Below, in pieces: positions 46,975 to 56,591 of a stretch of 62,762 nt of DNA. The DNA lies in assembly GCA_035530555.1 (NCBI GenBank), contig DATKUR010000010.1:1-62762 (forward strand). Reading direction: 5' to 3'. Both the position numbers and the translations under genes were made by a program. Numbering within the stretch: the stretch's first letter is position 1; every line of letters begins with the position of its first letter. This DNA is from Candidatus Humimicrobiaceae bacterium (lineage in GTDB: Bacteria > Patescibacteriota > Minisyncoccia > Minisyncoccales > DG-74-1). The notes under the pieces are model-generated. The model had not been told where the DNA came from. It searched no databases and worked only from the letters and a program-made list of their open reading frames with translations.

Positions 46975-49554
46975 ATGGACTACAACAATAATAAAGAAAT
47001 ATTATTAAAACTACTATTATCTCAGACTTCTGATGAGATTGAAAAAATAGTTAATACGGAGCCATTTTTTAAAAATTGTGAATGGATTCCTTACGGTGGG
47101 AGATCAAATAATGTCGGTACAATCGAGGGTCAGATGCGAGATGCGGATAACGCGTTGATAGAAAAAATTACAAATTCAATTGACGCAATTTTAATGAGGC
47201 GTTGTTATGAAGAGGGCATTGATCCGAGAGATAAAACGAAAGCACCGAAATCGATGGCGGAAGCTCTAGAAAGATTTTTTGGCGGAAAAGAAAAAATAAG
47301 AGAAAAAAGATCGGAATTTGCAAAAGAATGGTTGCGGGTTACGGCCGAGGGAAAAAAAGACAGGCCTACAATTACGGTTATCGATAAAGGAGAGGGTCAA
47401 CAGCCAAACGAAATTAAAGAAACGATACTTAGTTTAAACAAAGATATAAAAGAAAAAATATCTTTTGTTTACGGCACATATAATCAAGGTGGCTCTAGCC
47501 CGTTAGGTTATGCTGGTAATTCCACGTCATACGATTTTAATTATTTACAATTGATATTATGCCGACGCGCCACAACAATTAAGGATAAAATTCGCGCCAA
47601 GAATTACGATTACTACGGTTTTTCTCTTGTCAGAAAAAAGTTTGACTACACCGCACAGAAATTTACTTACGAATATTTCGTTGAAAAAGATTCAAAAGAT
47701 ATATTTTCGTTCCCCTTTGATAAACCTATTAAAATTGATGATTATGATTTTTTGGAAGGGTGTCTAGTCAAACTATATGATTATCAACTCCCCCAGAGGG
47801 GTAATATTGTTTTTAGAGGTTTAAATGAATTTATTGAAAAGAAATTACCGGATGCCCCATTACCCATTTACCTTAAAGAATTAAGAGATTATAAGGGGGG
47901 TATTGATTATACTATCTTTGGCCTCCGTGAAAAATTGCTTAGAAAAGAAGATATTTTGAGAGAGGGATACCCGCAAAAATTGCCTATTGATCTTGGTGAG
48001 ATTGGGAAAAGAGAGATAGAAGTTTTTATTCTCCAACACAAAACTCAGGCCAGGGAAGATTTGAGCCCCTACATTGAGCAAACAATATCGGAAAAGATAT
48101 TTTTCATAAAAGACGGACTCGTCCTCCATACAGAGAACACGTCTTGGTTAAGAAACGAATGCGATCTTGTTGATCTTTCCCCCTACCTCTTCGCTTTTAT
48201 AGACATCTCAAATATCGATCCCCCTGTCGCTCAAATGCTTCATTCGGGTCGGGAAAAATTTAAAAATAACGCGACAACTCGTTTAGCTCTTGAAAGGCTT
48301 AAGATTTTCCTTAGTAATGAAACATTTAAAGAACTAGATGCTGAATACGGGCGTCTTTCCGTTGGATCGGAAAGCTCCTTCAAAGACGATACTTTACGCA
48401 AACAATTAATGAAAGATTTTGAAGCCCAACCGGAATTGAGAGAATTTTTTGAATTAGGAGAAGATATACCTACAAAAGAAGGCGAGGGAGAGAAACCGCT
48501 ACCACCCTACGAAGGCACTTATCTTCCAGAAAAATTTGAATTATTAGGATTAGATCCCCGAGAAGTAGAAGAAGGCTCTTATTGTAAAATTACTTTTAAT
48601 ACGGAAGCAGATGAAAGATTACTTGAAAGACGAGACGATCGAGGAGAGTATGATTGGGGAAAATCAGAGAAATTTCAGATTGCTTTTAGCTCATATAAAA
48701 GGGGTAAGCTAACCTTTCGGGTTGATCCCAACCGCGATACAGGGGCGCCCGTAGAAGAAGCTATTCTGTTTCATTTACGCGTGCCTTCAAAAAACATAGA
48801 ATTCAGTAAGCCGGTAACAATTATAGTGAAAGAGAAAGTACGATATATTGGTAAAGAATTTCCCTCGTTTTTCAAAAAGACGAAGGAATTGTTACATATT
48901 CCCTTAGGTTCGGAAAGAAAATTACATTTCGCTACAGACGTCGTAAATAATTATTTTGACAGACAGACTAGCCCGGGTAAACTAATTATTGAAAAACACG
49001 ATTTTCTTAACTTCGGAAATCCAAAATTAAAAGATGGAATTTTGGAGATAAGAGTCGGATATACTGGAGAAAAAATACAAAAAATTAATAATATCAAAAT
49101 AGCGATCGATGACAACATGCGGAATCATTTTGAGTTAATTATGCCTGTTGAGATTACTCCACCCGAAAGCGAGCCACAGCTTAAATTGCCAAAACCTATC
49201 ACTATTGAGAAGAAGAATTGGAGTAACGATACACCTCAATGGGATGAAAATTGTGTTGCTCGTATTCCTTCCTGGAAAGAATTAAAAACAATTAAAATTA
49301 ATATAGATGCGAAACCGTTCGATGAGTTGAAAAAGATGATTATAGCAGACCGAGATTCTGCGCGTGATCTCTTAATAAGACAGATTTATATAAATTCAGT
49401 ATGGATGTTTTTAGAGTTTAAAGATTTACAAGTTACATCAGCTGGTACCAATGGGAAAATAAAAGATCTCGACCCGAGGGAGGAGATCTTTGAAATGGGA
49501 ATTCGTGCAGCAACAAAAAATTCTCTCCAGAATATTAAAAAACTTCTACGTTAA
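46975..49554 (+). CDS. GHKL (MORC/MutL-like) ATPase with long uncharacterised C-terminus
   Basis: N box ALIEKITNSIDA, G1 box IDKGEG, G2-like GTYNQGGS. Confidence 0.75.
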   Translation: MDYNNNKEILLKLLLSQTSDEIEKIVNTEPFFKNCEWIPYGGRSNNVGTIEGQMRDADNALIEKITNSIDAILMRRCYEEGIDPRDKTKAPKSMAEALERFFGGKEKIREKRSEFAKEWLRVTAEGKKDRPTITVIDKGEGQQPNEIKETILSLNKDIKEKISFVYGTYNQGGSSPLGYAGNSTSYDFNYLQLILCRRATTIKDKIRAKNYDYYGFSLVRKKFDYTAQKFTYEYFVEKDSKDIFSFPFDKPIKIDDYDFLEGCLVKLYDYQLPQRGNIVFRGLNEFIEKKLPDAPLPIYLKELRDYKGGIDYTIFGLREKLLRKEDILREGYPQKLPIDLGEIGKREIEVFILQHKTQAREDLSPYIEQTISEKIFFIKDGLVLHTENTSWLRNECDLVDLSPYLFAFIDISNIDPPVAQMLHSGREKFKNNATTRLALERLKIFLSNETFKELDAEYGRLSVGSESSFKDDTLRKQLMKDFEAQPELREFFELGEDIPTKEGEGEKPLPPYEGTYLPEKFELLGLDPREVEEGSYCKITFNTEADERLLERRDDRGEYDWGKSEKFQIAFSSYKRGKLTFRVDPNRDTGAPVEEAILFHLRVPSKNIEFSKPVTIIVKEKVRYIGKEFPSFFKKTKELLHIPLGSERKLHFATDVVNNYFDRQTSPGKLIIEKHDFLNFGNPKLKDGILEIRVGYTGEKIQKINNIKIAIDDNMRNHFELIMPVEITPPESEPQLKLPKPITIEKKNWSNDTPQWDENCVARIPSWKELKTIKINIDAKPFDELKKMIIADRDSARDLLIRQIYINSVWMFLEFKDLQVTSAGTNGKIKDLDPREEIFEMGIRAATKNSLQNIKKLLR

Positions 49555-50867
49555 GGTTTTTCCATTACTAAAATATATTCGTATTGATATACTCTTTTCT
49601 TGTTTGGATTATCGATATTGGTGAATCTGCCATTCTCGGTATTTCTCCAAGGAGTAATTAATTTGTTTGAAACTTCGCGTTTAATAAATTTCACTGATTT
49701 AAATCCAATATTTTTCATTTGCTCAGCAGCAACTTGAGAATTGGTGATATGGCAACCTTGAAGGTTTGTATCTCCAATAATTATGCAAGCTTTGTGGTCT
49801 GGTTTTAATATCCTGAACATTTCGGCGAATGATTTATTCATATCGGAAAAATAATGAGCGACATTATTATAGACGCCGATATCTCGTTTTGAGAGTTGCG
49901 TAACGATCCTTTCAGCAACAGAACTATTCAGATTTTCCGATCGATGATTTTTCTTTAAACTTGTACCTATAAATTTTTTTCTGAAATTATTAAAGTTTTT
50001 TGCATAATTTTTCCACTTTTTGAAATATTTGTGATCGTTCCCAAACCATAATAATGAAAGTTGATGCAAGTCCGCATACTCGTAAGAAGTTACGTAGGGT
50101 GGGGAGGTGATAATCAAGTCTACAGAATTCGATAAGATCGGTAATTCTTTAGTTGAGTCACTGATTCGCATGGTTGTCTTTGCTCCAATTGTTCCTCTTT
50201 TTTCTAATAAAGAATAAAATTGATTATTTCTATTTATTATGGAACGCAAGTGGGGTAAAAAAATATCAATTGGTACGGGAATTGCTTTATTTGGATCTAC
50301 TTGAGGTTTTGTACTTTTCATAAGCCACCGGGAACAATTTTTTAAAATATGAGAAAAAGCACAGAGATAAAGTCGTCGTACCTTATAGTTTTTGATGGCC
50401 TTTATAGTAATATAAACTCGATTAAGCTCAGTAATTGTGGAGGTATCAAACCAGTAATTGAGCCTATCTATATTAATTGTGGGGGCTATAGACGGTGAGA
50501 GTTTATAGGTATTAATAAATTTATTTACCGAATTTTCTAGCGTTTTGGGCTTAATTGGTGTAATTTTAGCTTGCGTAATGAATTTAGCCACTGGGTTGAT
50601 GTCAAAACCATAACTCTTTCTACCAGCCAATTTTGCTTCTACGAGCGTTGTCCCACAACCTCCGAAGGGGTCAACTACTATATCCCCCTGTGAAGTATAT
50701 TCATTAATAAGTTTTTGGACGATTTGAGGGATGAACTTTGCAGGATACCTATGATAGCCGTGGGTTATGTAATTAGTTTCAGTTCTTAGCGAATCAGCAA
50801 AAGACCAGTCTTTATTTGGCCTTAGATTAACGAAAGATTTTGTGACATTGTCTATTACGGTTTGCAT
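49551..50867 (-). CDS. Site-specific DNA methyltransferase, N4-cytosine type
   Basis: YPAKF.P, DPFGGCGTT (motif I) before TSPPY (motif IV). Confidence 0.9.
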   Translation of the reverse strand: MQTVIDNVTKSFVNLRPNKDWSFADSLRTETNYITHGYHRYPAKFIPQIVQKLINEYTSQGDIVVDPFGGCGTTLVEAKLAGRKSYGFDINPVAKFITQAKITPIKPKTLENSVNKFINTYKLSPSIAPTINIDRLNYWFDTSTITELNRVYITIKAIKNYKVRRLYLCAFSHILKNCSRWLMKSTKPQVDPNKAIPVPIDIFLPHLRSIINRNNQFYSLLEKRGTIGAKTTMRISDSTKELPILSNSVDLIITSPPYVTSYEYADLHQLSLLWFGNDHKYFKKWKNYAKNFNNFRKKFIGTSLKKNHRSENLNSSVAERIVTQLSKRDIGVYNNVAHYFSDMNKSFAEMFRILKPDHKACIIIGDTNLQGCHITNSQVAAEQMKNIGFKSVKFIKREVSNKLITPWRNTENGRFTNIDNPNKKRVYQYEYILVMEKP

Positions 50868-50969
50868 ATTTCTACTCTTATTATACCGTTTTCAATGAAA
50901 TTAAGCCAAGTTTAATACGAAACCGAAGAAGATTTAATTAAATTAGTTAAAAAAATAAATTATTTTTCT

Positions 50970-52733
50970 ATGCTTTATTCTTATTGCCAAAATTGTGGTG
51001 TAAAGTCTACAAAATGTTTCCTGTCGAAAGCCGGTGATTTTTCTAAAAATTGCGAGAAAAGAACAGATGGAAATATTTCTGTTTGCCAGCAATGTAAAGA
51101 GTGTCTAGAAGGTAGCAAAGAAAGTATTGAAAAGATATTATTATCAAAACAAAAAAATAAGTTAATTTTAGGAGGACCAGGAACGGGTAAAACTTTTTTA
51201 TTTGGAAGCGTTATGAGAAACCTTCCAAAAGGCAATCGTGTTCTCGTAATAACATTTATAAATAATTTAGTAGACGATTTAGAGAAACAACTTATCAAAA
51301 TATCTGATCGCGATATTGAAACGAGAACTCTTCATGGATTTTCTAAGAATTTTCTTCTTAGTGAGATACGCCAATATGAATATTTTCCCGAGTTGCCGAA
51401 AATTATTGAACAGGACGCTTTTTTGTCTGGATTAAGTTTTAAAGAGAAAGACTTTGGCCGGGCATTCATAAATCTACAAAAAGAAAGTAAAGAAACGAAG
51501 TTTTACCTGCACAGATCAGAGTATTATTTCGCCGTCGGCCACGACGACGCTGTTTATAGGGTTTTTTGTCACCTTAACGAGAATAAAGAAACAATACCTC
51601 AATATTTCCAGGTTATAGTTGATGAGTATCAGGATTTTAATCTTCTAGAATCAAGTTTAATTGAATTGCTTGCCCAAAGAAATAATACAATAATCGCAGG
51701 TGACGACGACCAGGCGCTGTATCGTTTTAAATTTGCTTCCCCTGATTTTATTCGTAAACTTTATCAGGATCAGCAATTTGAAAAATTCTTTTTGCCTTTT
51801 TGTAGAAGATGTACTTCAGTTTTAGTAGAAGCTGCTAATGCTTTTATTTCTAATGCCAAGAAAAAAGGATTATTAAATAATAGGATAGAAAAAGAATTCA
51901 AATGTTATTGGCCAGATAAGTTTTTAGATAGTAAAAAATACCCATTTATATCTCTTGGGAAATTTTTTGCCGATTCTGTTGCTACAAAATATATTAAAGA
52001 AAAAATATTCTCAATTATTGAGGAAGAAAAAATCGAACCTAGTGAAAAAAATGAGCCAGAATTTTTAATCATTGGCCCGCCAAGAATATCTCATTATTTA
52101 CGAGATGTGAATGATAGCCTAATTAATGATAAAAGATTAGATCGTAATATTTTTGAAATTGAATTTAAAAAAGAATCTAAAAGGTTGTCAACGGATGATG
52201 GCTATAAATTTATCAAAGGAGATGCAAAATCAAATCTTGGTTGGAGAATAGTTATGTATAAAGATCCCGTTAGCTCTTCTCTGGAAAAAGATAAAGAAAT
52301 AATCCGCGAGAGTTCAAATGGTAAATTACTTATAGATCTCTTGCCAGAAGATTATATTAATAAACATAGGGAAAAAGCTAATAACATTTCTCCGGAAGAA
52401 ATTAAAGATCCCGATGAGATTATAAATAAAAAAATAAAAATTAAATTAACAACTTATCTTGGTGCTAAAGGCTTATCCGCTAACCACGTTTTTGTTTTAG
52501 GATTGGAAAACGGTATCTTCCCAAAAGATCCGAATAATATTTCTGATGATGAAGTTTGCCAGCTACTCGTCTTGCTTACGAGAGCGAGAAAGTCATTAAA
52601 CCTACTTTCTGTTAATAGATTTAATAAGAAAATTCGTCGACGGATAGACAGTCTTTCTGGTTTTATTTCCATGATTCCGAACCAATTTTTAAAGATTGAG
52701 AATACTACTAAAGCGTCCGATTTTAAAAGTTAG
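50970..52733 (+). CDS. UvrD/Rep-like SF1 helicase with Cys-rich N-terminus
   Basis: GGPGTGKT, ITF, TLHGF, VDEYQD, GDDDQALY, AKGL, TRAR. Confidence 0.88.
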   Translation: MLYSYCQNCGVKSTKCFLSKAGDFSKNCEKRTDGNISVCQQCKECLEGSKESIEKILLSKQKNKLILGGPGTGKTFLFGSVMRNLPKGNRVLVITFINNLVDDLEKQLIKISDRDIETRTLHGFSKNFLLSEIRQYEYFPELPKIIEQDAFLSGLSFKEKDFGRAFINLQKESKETKFYLHRSEYYFAVGHDDAVYRVFCHLNENKETIPQYFQVIVDEYQDFNLLESSLIELLAQRNNTIIAGDDDQALYRFKFASPDFIRKLYQDQQFEKFFLPFCRRCTSVLVEAANAFISNAKKKGLLNNRIEKEFKCYWPDKFLDSKKYPFISLGKFFADSVATKYIKEKIFSIIEEEKIEPSEKNEPEFLIIGPPRISHYLRDVNDSLINDKRLDRNIFEIEFKKESKRLSTDDGYKFIKGDAKSNLGWRIVMYKDPVSSSLEKDKEIIRESSNGKLLIDLLPEDYINKHREKANNISPEEIKDPDEIINKKIKIKLTTYLGAKGLSANHVFVLGLENGIFPKDPNNISDDEVCQLLVLLTRARKSLNLLSVNRFNKKIRRRIDSLSGFISMIPNQFLKIENTTKASDFKS

Positions 52734-52755
52734 TTATAACCATTTTAATATTTAA

Positions 52756-54294
52756 ATGAAAGAAAAGCTGGAAGAAGAAGTTAAAGGTATTTTTAAATTA
52801 GTAACCTCTTATGCGGTCGATTTTTTTGGCGCAAAAGATATTAGAGATATCCAAAGGATAGATAAAAATCTTTTTCGGCATAAATGTCATGAAGGTTTTT
52901 ATTTAGCTCAAGATAGGATTATTTCTAATTTATTAGAAATTGAAGAAGAATTAAAGAAATTAAAAAAACAAATAAAAGAATGTAAATCAGGAAAGGAAAC
53001 GGAAAAATTTGTTGCGGAAGAAAGTTACGATAAATTATTAGATGAGGAAGATATGCTAAGTAAAGAAGTCTTGCTTTTTAGGCGATTAGCCGATGTTATG
53101 GCTTGGACAATATTAAAAATGGATAAAATTTTGATCAGAAGCACTCAAACGGGAGAAGATTTTCATGGCTATCTATTAGATAAAAATATCGAATCACTTA
53201 TAGACGTTATTAACAAAACAAAAAATTTAGATGAGTTTATGCTGATCAATGATATAACGTTATGTTTAGGAAGCGGGGCGGGAGATTTAACCCGCGTGAG
53301 AAGGGGTGGTTTTGTTTTCTGTGAAGTAAAGGACGGAATTGTAAATAAAGAAATTTTTGATTATGTTAAACAAACAGGGAATTATATGAAAGAAAAAAAT
53401 ATCGAAATTCAAGACAAAAAAGATGTAGAGAATTTATTTAAGAATCGACCAAATCACGGAAACTTTATAAATAAATCCGCCTCGATATTTGATAATAAGA
53501 AAAAACGTGAACAATTTGAACGGATTTATAGACAATGGGAAAGAATGGGGAACGTTTTGGATTATCATAAAAGAGGCATTGGCTTTGATATCAGAAAAAC
53601 TAAAAGTGGACAAGAAACTGGCAGAATGAAAATTATGTCTGAGGCTAAAACTGCAGACGAATACTTTTTTAATATTATTGAAAAAGAGTTTCAATATTTA
53701 TCAACAATTAAGTCAGATTTTCATATTATAAATTTTGAAGAATTTTTATATTTTTTACTTTCAGATAATCAAAGGGGCACGGTTTTTAATATAAAGAATA
53801 GTAGGTGGGTAAGAAATAAAAATGCTCAACATTTATTATTTCACGCTATAAATAAAAATGATTGTAAGTACGTTACCGCGAAAACAGAAAAAGACTGGAA
53901 AGATGCATACGAAAAAGAATTATTAATTTATAAGGACTTATTTGTAATAAACTGGGCGGAGCAAATTCTGCGCGACGGTTCATTAAGGCCTCCTTATTTA
54001 TTTTCTTTCGATGAAAACTTAATTTTCGATCTATTATTTGAAAGAAAAAGTATATTTATTCATTTTGACTCAGATAAATTTATAGAATTTGTAAATTCAA
54101 TGGGGATTAGTTTTCTAGAAATGGAAAGAGTGGGTAAAATCACTCATGATTCCACAGACATTAAATTCAAAAGGCATAAAGAGGATAAACATAAAATCAC
54201 TATGGGGTGGGGCATGATTTTTAGAATGATGTTTGAATTTCAAGATCCCATTTCTTTCTTGGATCAAATCGTGGAAGTTTATAATCAAGAGTAA
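52756..54294 (+). CDS. Hypothetical protein, possible PD-(D/E)xK nuclease
   Basis: Long ORF; GDL...FCEVK resembles a D...ExK active site; N-terminal coiled coil. Confidence 0.55.
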   Translation: MKEKLEEEVKGIFKLVTSYAVDFFGAKDIRDIQRIDKNLFRHKCHEGFYLAQDRIISNLLEIEEELKKLKKQIKECKSGKETEKFVAEESYDKLLDEEDMLSKEVLLFRRLADVMAWTILKMDKILIRSTQTGEDFHGYLLDKNIESLIDVINKTKNLDEFMLINDITLCLGSGAGDLTRVRRGGFVFCEVKDGIVNKEIFDYVKQTGNYMKEKNIEIQDKKDVENLFKNRPNHGNFINKSASIFDNKKKREQFERIYRQWERMGNVLDYHKRGIGFDIRKTKSGQETGRMKIMSEAKTADEYFFNIIEKEFQYLSTIKSDFHIINFEEFLYFLLSDNQRGTVFNIKNSRWVRNKNAQHLLFHAINKNDCKYVTAKTEKDWKDAYEKELLIYKDLFVINWAEQILRDGSLRPPYLFSFDENLIFDLLFERKSIFIHFDSDKFIEFVNSMGISFLEMERVGKITHDSTDIKFKRHKEDKHKITMGWGMIFRMMFEFQDPISFLDQIVEVYNQE

Positions 54295-54376
54295 AAATAA
54301 GATATCTTCAACCCCTTTATATTGTTTCATTTAATTTATTTTTGTTAAAATTGAAATAGATCAATTGGTGATTTTT

Positions 54377-55339
54377 ATGGGCAGAAATAAAATAATTGCA
54401 ATTATTTCCATAATAATAATCGCGGTGGCAACAGGTGTTACCTTTTTTATTTATCAACGTCAGTTTGGAGCGCCGCAAAATACAACGGAGAAAGAAAGAA
54501 TCGTCATTAATATTAACACCACGGAATCAGAGCTTATCCCAAAGTTAAGAGATCAGGGATATATCAGAAGTGAGTGGGCGTTCAGTTATGTGTTAAAAAA
54601 TAAAGGGTGGCAGGGCAAAATTGAGCCGGGCGGATACACGATTTCAAAAGGAATGAACGCCTGGCAGTTGGTAGATATACTGGTTAACTATCCATATCAG
54701 AAATGGATTGTAATACCTGAAGGATTAAGAGCGACAGAAATCGCCGAAAAACTGCAAAAGGAATTAAACTTGGGTAATTTGGCAAAAGGAGAATTTCTTG
54801 TTGAGGCTCATGAGGGTTATTTGTTTCCCGACACCTATCTTCTTAATTTGGATTATACTGGTATAGAGATTGCAAAAAGGATGAAAAGTCAGTTTGACGA
54901 GAAAACGGCCGATCTATTTAAAGAAGCTACGGAAAAAAATATCAGAAACGACACCTTGGTGGTTTTGGCTTCGTTGGTGCAGAGAGAAGCCGCCAGCGAA
55001 GAAGAGATGCCCCTTATTGCCGGAGTGATTTGGAACAGGTGGTTAAAGGACATGCCCTTTCAAATAGATGCCACTATCCAATACGACTTAGGAGGGCCAG
55101 GAAACTGGTGGCCGATTATAAAACCGGAAGACTATAAGATTGATTCTTCTTATAATACCTATATTCACAAGGGACGGCCGCCCTCTCCGATTTGCAATCC
55201 AGGATTAGCGGCGATTAATGCGGTGATCAACTCAGAAGACAGCGAATATCTTTATTATTTGCACGACAGCGAAGGTCAAATTCATCTTGCAAAAACTTAC
55301 GAAGAGCACTTGCGAAATATCGAGGAGTATTTGAAATGA
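54377..55339 (+). CDS. mltG: Endolytic transglycosylase MltG
   Basis: N-terminal TM, IPEG, EGYLFPDTY, ASLVQRE, QIDAT, YNTY, PICNPG; ATG at 54377 preferred. Confidence 0.92.
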   Translation: MGRNKIIAIISIIIIAVATGVTFFIYQRQFGAPQNTTEKERIVININTTESELIPKLRDQGYIRSEWAFSYVLKNKGWQGKIEPGGYTISKGMNAWQLVDILVNYPYQKWIVIPEGLRATEIAEKLQKELNLGNLAKGEFLVEAHEGYLFPDTYLLNLDYTGIEIAKRMKSQFDEKTADLFKEATEKNIRNDTLVVLASLVQREAASEEEMPLIAGVIWNRWLKDMPFQIDATIQYDLGGPGNWWPIIKPEDYKIDSSYNTYIHKGRPPSPICNPGLAAINAVINSEDSEYLYYLHDSEGQIHLAKTYEEHLRNIEEYLK

Positions 55340-55500
55340 GACACAGAGTGACATACCCGCAAAAGTGTCCCATTTGTCCCAATTGTAAAAATTGACCCCC
55401 GACCCACGTGCCTCAATCTGGCTCTGGAAAAATTCGCCAAAAAGTGCAATAATACCTCTATAAAGAGCGATATCCGGGGTACTTAACCCGAATGTCCCGC

Positions 55501-55574
55501 CAGGTAGTGAAAGTTTGACCGGGCTTGCCCGAATTTGTTCGTCTACGACGAACAAGTCAAATTTCTACTACCTG
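55501..55574. repeat. About 74-bp palindromic REP/MITE-like element, copy 2 (inverted relative to 11002-11074)
   Basis: CAGGTAGTGAAAGTTTGAC...GTCAAATTTCTACTACCTG with inner TTGTTCGTC-TAC-GACGAACAA. Confidence 0.85.
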
Positions 55575-55605
55575 ACTCCGTCAATCAAAAATAAATTCTT
55601 TTCAG

Positions 55606-55851
55606 GGAGGAGTGCGGGAGCGGTTTATCCGGACGGTCTTGCTACGTACGAAAGCGGAGGGTTGGCTGAGTGGTTTAAAGCGCTGGTCTTGAAAACCAGT
55701 TGGGGAGCAATCCCCTCGGAGGTTCAAATCCTCCACCCTCCGCTTTCTGACGGGGTCTACGGAAAAACCTTTGAGTTTATGATTATATTTAGTTTGAATT
55801 TTACCCCGTAGGGAATCGAAGATTCTCCTTCGGGGCTTACCCCCCCCGCCA
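55606..55851 (+). pseudogene. Split, decayed tRNA-Ser enclosing an intact tRNA-Ser(TGA)
   Basis: Canonical 5' half 55606-55641; degenerate 3' half from about 55762 ending CCCCCCCGCCA. Confidence 0.55.
55656..55742 (+). tRNA. tRNA-Ser(TGA)
   Basis: GGAGGGT/ACCCTCC, CTGGT-CTTGAAA-ACCAG, long variable arm, G73. Confidence 0.93.
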
Positions 55852-55852
55852 T

Positions 55853-55879
55853 AAAAAAACCGGCTAGGTCGGTTTTTTT
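55853..55879. terminator. Bidirectional intrinsic terminator
   Basis: AAAAAAACCGGC-TAG-GTCGGTTTTTTT. Confidence 0.75.
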
Positions 55880-55881
55880 GG

Positions 55882-56562
55882 CTAAGGACGGTCTTCGCCG
55901 GGGCTGGCCCTGGCGATTACAATGCCGATGATTTCTTTAGCGCCAGCTGCCTTTAATATTCTGGCTGCTTCCTCCATAGTTGAGCCGGTGGTGAAAACGT
56001 CGTCAACCAGCAAGATTTTTTTATTTTTTATTTCTTGGCTATTTTTGACTGAAAATGCCCCTCTAATATTTTCTTTTCTCTCATCTCCGGATAACTCAAC
56101 CTGAGGAGTCGTTTCCTTGGTTTTTATCAAACAACCGGAAAATAGGGGAATTTCCAGAAAATGGCTTAGCTCTTTGGCAATTTCTTCGGCTTGATTGAAT
56201 CCTCGGCTTTTGAGCCTTCTTTTTTCAAGAGGGATTGGTATAATAGTAAAATCTGTAAAGTTTAGTTTATTGTCTAGCAACTGGAAGTGTTCTATAATCA
56301 GTAAAGAGAGAGATTCAGCCAGTTCTTTGACAAGGGGTTGGTATTTAAATTTCTGAATTAGACTTTTGATCAGGGGATTTTGGTAGGGGAGAGCAAAATA
56401 AAGGTCTTTAAGATATTGACCGGAATGTTGCTTGTGGAATTCAGAAATTTCCAAAGTAGACCGGCAATCTTCGCAGAGGTAAGACCCTTCTCTCTGGCAG
56501 CCGAAACAGAATTTCGGGAAAAGAAGTTCAAGAATAAGTCCTGTGAATTTCTTGAATACCAT
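55882..56562 (-). CDS. comF: ComF-family competence protein (PRTase fold)
   Basis: CxxC..CxxC, RGFNQA, R..NI.GAF, LLVDDVFTTGST. Confidence 0.92.
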   Translation of the reverse strand: MVFKKFTGLILELLFPKFCFGCQREGSYLCEDCRSTLEISEFHKQHSGQYLKDLYFALPYQNPLIKSLIQKFKYQPLVKELAESLSLLIIEHFQLLDNKLNFTDFTIIPIPLEKRRLKSRGFNQAEEIAKELSHFLEIPLFSGCLIKTKETTPQVELSGDERKENIRGAFSVKNSQEIKNKKILLVDDVFTTGSTMEEAARILKAAGAKEIIGIVIARASPGEDRP

Positions 56563-56591
56563 TGTTTTTATTTGTATGATATAATAACTTT

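Larger units (their letters stand above)
40617..55500. mobile_element. Integrative island (prophage remnant or satellite) with recombinase, terminase and defence-like cargo; boundaries approximate
   Basis: Large serine recombinase, TerL, TerS-like, two DNA methylases, AT-rich cargo; ends next to tRNA-Ser; no att repeats identified. Confidence 0.72.

Noticed and set aside
50970..54294. Gabija system
   Set aside because: The partner ORF lacks the ABC ATPase and TOPRIM motifs of GajA
40617..55500. Complete prophage
   Set aside because: No recognisable portal, capsid, tail, replication or lysis genes
55642..55762. Group I intron in the tRNA anticodon
   Set aside because: The insert is about 120 nt, of which 87 nt is a tRNA; no room for a catalytic core, and the 3' exon is decayed
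55232..55811. ORFs 55232-55555 (-) and 55515-55811 (+)
   Set aside because: Overlap mltG, the palindromic repeat and tRNA-Ser
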